A DNA stretch of 27,478 bases. Origin: a virus (lineage: Duplodnaviria; Caudoviricetes). Location: positions 1 through 27,478 of IMG/VR virus record IMGVR_UViG_3300032227_000313. One strand, given 5' to 3'. Position numbers and translations under genes: made by a program. This document shows positions 25,404 through 27,478 of the stretch, in pieces. The notes below the pieces were generated by a model. The model saw only the letters and a list, made by a program, of their open reading frames with translations, made no database searches and was not told where the DNA came from. Every line of letters begins with the position of its first letter. Within the stretch, counting starts at the first letter, position 1.

Positions 25404-25697
25404 ATCGCCAACACCACTGCCGCCGTCGAAGTGTTCCTCGCCGCCAAGGCGCAGGCCGATCAGGCCGAGACCGTCCTCAAGGCCGCCAAGGCCGACGTGG
25501 TCGCCATCGTCGGCGGCTACGGCTTCATCGAGGGCGAGACCGCTGACCTCGACATCGCCGTGCAGTCCCGCTCCTCGATCAACGAGAAGCTGCTGCTCCA
25601 GTTCATGACGCAGGACCAGATCAACGCCTGCAAGACCGAGGGCGCCGCCTTCCCCGTCGTCCGCATCAAGGCCAAGAAGGTCCGCAAGGCCGCTTGA
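25398..25697 (+). CDS. Hypothetical early protein (99 aa)
   Basis: Strong C-ending codon bias; N-terminal helical segment; basic tail. Confidence 0.8.
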   Translation: MTIANTTAAVEVFLAAKAQADQAETVLKAAKADVVAIVGGYGFIEGETADLDIAVQSRSSINEKLLLQFMTQDQINACKTEGAAFPVVRIKAKKVRKAA

Positions 25698-25743
25698 TTA
25701 TCAACCGGGGGCTGCGGCCCCCGACAACTTTAAGGAGACAGGC

Positions 25744-25947
25744 ATGCCCCCCATCCACACGTCCTACAACCATAACGCCCGCGTCTACGAGGTATATTAC
25801 TTCGACCGCCTGATCGGCTGGCTCAGTTCCGGCAAGACGAAGCAGGACGGCAAGCCGGTCTGGCGCGCACTGTCCACGCATGGCGACTTGCGCCACACCA
25901 AGTCCCTGCACTCCGCCCGCTCCGCTCTGGTGGAGATGGTACAGTGA
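25744..25947 (+). CDS. Hypothetical protein (67 aa)
   Basis: TAAGGAG RBS; GTGA overlap with the MTase start; preceded by a CGGGGGC-TGCG-GCCCCCG hairpin. Confidence 0.75.
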   Translation: MPPIHTSYNHNARVYEVYYFDRLIGWLSSGKTKQDGKPVWRALSTHGDLRHTKSLHSARSALVEMVQ

Positions 25948-26657
25948 GCGCCTACTATAACGAGTTCGAACCATATGCCGCCGAGTGGCTGCGCAACTTG
26001 ATCAAAAAGGGACTGATACCAGATGGCGAAGTCGATACCCGGTCAATCGTCGATGTGGCACCTGATGACCTCAGAGCCTTCACCCAGTGCCACTTCTTCG
26101 GTGGGATCGGAGGGTGGGCGCTTGCTCTCCGTCTCGCAGGATGGCCAGACGACCGGCCTGTGTGGACGGGCTCGTGCCCCTGCCAGCCATTCAGCGAGGC
26201 TGGGAGGGGACTCGGCAAAGAAGATCCCCGCCACCTCTGGCCCGCATGGTTCAGGCTCATCAAAGCATGCAAACCTTCAATCATTTTTGGAGAACAGGTT
26301 CCTGACGCGATTCGTTACGGCTGGCTCGACACCGTGTACGATGACCTTGAGGCGGAAGGCTACGCCGTCGGGGCGGCAGTTCTTCCAGCTTGTTCCGTTG
26401 GAGCGCCGCATCTCCGCGACCGGCTCTACATTTTGGCCGACGCCTCGGGCAAATGGGAGCAACCTGTCCGGGGGCAGCAATTCGCGGAAGGCTGCGCTCA
26501 AGAGGGGGCAATACCTCAGTGGCCGATTGAACCCGGCGTGGCTCGGATGGTTGATGGGGTACGGGACCGAATGGCACTTGTGCGCGGGTTCGGCAACGCC
26601 ATCGTCCCGCAAGTCGCGGCGGAAGTGATCCGCGCGTTTATGGAGACAGAAGCATGA
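25944..26657 (+). CDS. DNA (cytosine-5) methyltransferase, catalytic chain
   Basis: FFGGIGG (motif I), GSCPCQPFS (IV), GEQV (VI), GAPHLRDRL (VIII), GFGNAIVPQVA (X); motif IX absent. Confidence 0.9.
   Translation: MSAYYNEFEPYAAEWLRNLIKKGLIPDGEVDTRSIVDVAPDDLRAFTQCHFFGGIGGWALALRLAGWPDDRPVWTGSCPCQPFSEAGRGLGKEDPRHLWPAWFRLIKACKPSIIFGEQVPDAIRYGWLDTVYDDLEAEGYAVGAAVLPACSVGAPHLRDRLYILADASGKWEQPVRGQQFAEGCAQEGAIPQWPIEPGVARMVDGVRDRMALVRGFGNAIVPQVAAEVIRAFMETEA
26023..26628 (+). CDS. Nested out-of-frame ORF: putative second (beta) MTase polypeptide carrying a TRD-like region and motif IX; start uncertain
   Basis: 201-aa open +1 frame entirely inside the MTase gene, containing WPTP and GRLNPAWLGWLMGY. Confidence 0.6.
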   Translation: MAKSIPGQSSMWHLMTSEPSPSATSSVGSEGGRLLSVSQDGQTTGLCGRARAPASHSARLGGDSAKKIPATSGPHGSGSSKHANLQSFLENRFLTRFVTAGSTPCTMTLRRKATPSGRQFFQLVPLERRISATGSTFWPTPRANGSNLSGGSNSRKAALKRGQYLSGRLNPAWLGWLMGYGTEWHLCAGSATPSSRKSRRK

Positions 26658-26884
26658 GCCAGTCACTTCGGTGTCAAATGGACGCGCTAGGCCTGAATAC
26701 TGGCGACGTTGCGCTCATCTCGGGCACAACGCGCCGCTCCGTCCAGCTATGGCTGGCCGGGAGCAGCCCGGCCCCACGGTCGGTAACCATGCTCCTCGCG
26801 GCGATCTGCGGGGGGCTCATCAGCTTGGAGTGGGTAGAGGATCAGATCATCACCGCCGTGAAGGCACAGAACGGAGACGCATAA
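26654..26884 (+). CDS. XRE/Cro-like helix-turn-helix protein
   Basis: LGLNTGDVALISGTTRRSVQLWLAG...P HTH pattern; 76 aa. Confidence 0.75.
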   Translation: MSQSLRCQMDALGLNTGDVALISGTTRRSVQLWLAGSSPAPRSVTMLLAAICGGLISLEWVEDQIITAVKAQNGDA

Positions 26885-27273
26885 TGAACGTGATCGCACT
26901 TGAGGAAACCATCGAGGCCTTGCTCGAAAACACCAAGGAAGAAATCATGCTCATGGTGGGGGAGGCCGTCGAGGGCACCCACCCGGGAATCGCTTACTTC
27001 CCCATCGAGTGGAACTTTGGCGACGACCCGTCGGACGGCGACTTCGGCGAGCCCGTTGAAGACCCCTTCGTCATCCGCGTCACCCCCGAGGACATTGACG
27101 CCTCCGGCCCGAAGTACGAGTTCAACCTCCGCGATGTCGTTCAGGGGTTTGTTGACGGCGTCGTCATCGAGGACGTGATCGACGAGGACTTCGTCGAGAT
27201 GTCCACCAAGCTCCGTGACGCCTTCCTTGAGCTTGCCACCATGATCGACGAGAAATTGCCTGTAAGCGTCTGA
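26884..27273 (+). CDS. Highly acidic hypothetical protein (129 aa)
   Basis: TAATG coupling and GGAG RBS set the start at 26884; about 32 D/E versus about 7 K/R by manual count. Confidence 0.78.
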   Translation: MNVIALEETIEALLENTKEEIMLMVGEAVEGTHPGIAYFPIEWNFGDDPSDGDFGEPVEDPFVIRVTPEDIDASGPKYEFNLRDVVQGFVDGVVIEDVIDEDFVEMSTKLRDAFLELATMIDEKLPVSV

Positions 27274-27295
27274 GGGGACCGCTGACGGGCATTGC

Positions 27296-27336
27296 GGGGC
27301 CGGGGAGGGTAATGCGTCCCCCGGCCCCTTTTTCTT
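27296..27336 (+). terminator. Rho-independent terminator ending the early operon
   Basis: GGGGCCGGGG...CCCCGGCCCC followed by TTTTTCTT. Confidence 0.8.
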
Positions 27337-27478
27337 GCCTGTGAGGCTCCCAGCCCACCTAAAAGGGTATTGCGTCGTCAATCGGCGCCTTGCTGTCGGG
27401 GATGGCATGTAACGGGTCACGGGGCGGCCCCGACACCCTCTCCACCTGACACCCCGGGAAGCTGGCCTTGGCCGCCGC

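Noticed and set aside
26671-27420. ORFs 26842..27420 (-) and the N-terminal extension 26671..26883 (+)
   Set aside because: The first is a shadow of the acidic gene; the second overlaps the HTH gene, and the RBS with TAATG coupling supports a start at 26884.
1-27478. tRNA, rRNA, integrase/att sites, lysis cassette
   Set aside because: None recognisable by eye; temperate versus lytic lifestyle cannot be determined from this window.

Overview
A 27.5-kb segment of a tailed dsDNA phage (Caudoviricetes), probably of an alphaproteobacterial host judging by the GapR/DUF2312 gene and high GC. Positions 1-24823 carry a minus-strand packaging/morphogenesis region: GapR, TerS, TerL, a P22-type portal, a 972-aa lytic-transglycosylase virion protein, a basic xxxGG-repeat protein, a GroES-like co-chaperonin, a probable scaffold, a Mu gpT-family major capsid, head-tail proteins and two paralogous collagen-like (GPT) fibres. 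Two AT-rich free-standing homing endonucleases and a small antisense ORF interrupt it. From about 24950 a divergent plus-strand early region has duplicated promoter/operator cassettes, small acidic proteins, a C5 cytosine methyltransferase and an HTH protein. Most unusual signals: (1) a di-glycine motif repeated about 14 times in one basic protein and shared with other head-region proteins; (2) a motif-permuted C5 MTase whose missing motif IX lies in a nested out-of-frame ORF; (3) a GIY-YIG endonuclease that appears to have taken over a structural gene's start and supplied a recoded 5' end; (4) structured RNA elements flanking the capsid genes. All family calls come from motif recognition by eye; no database searches were run.
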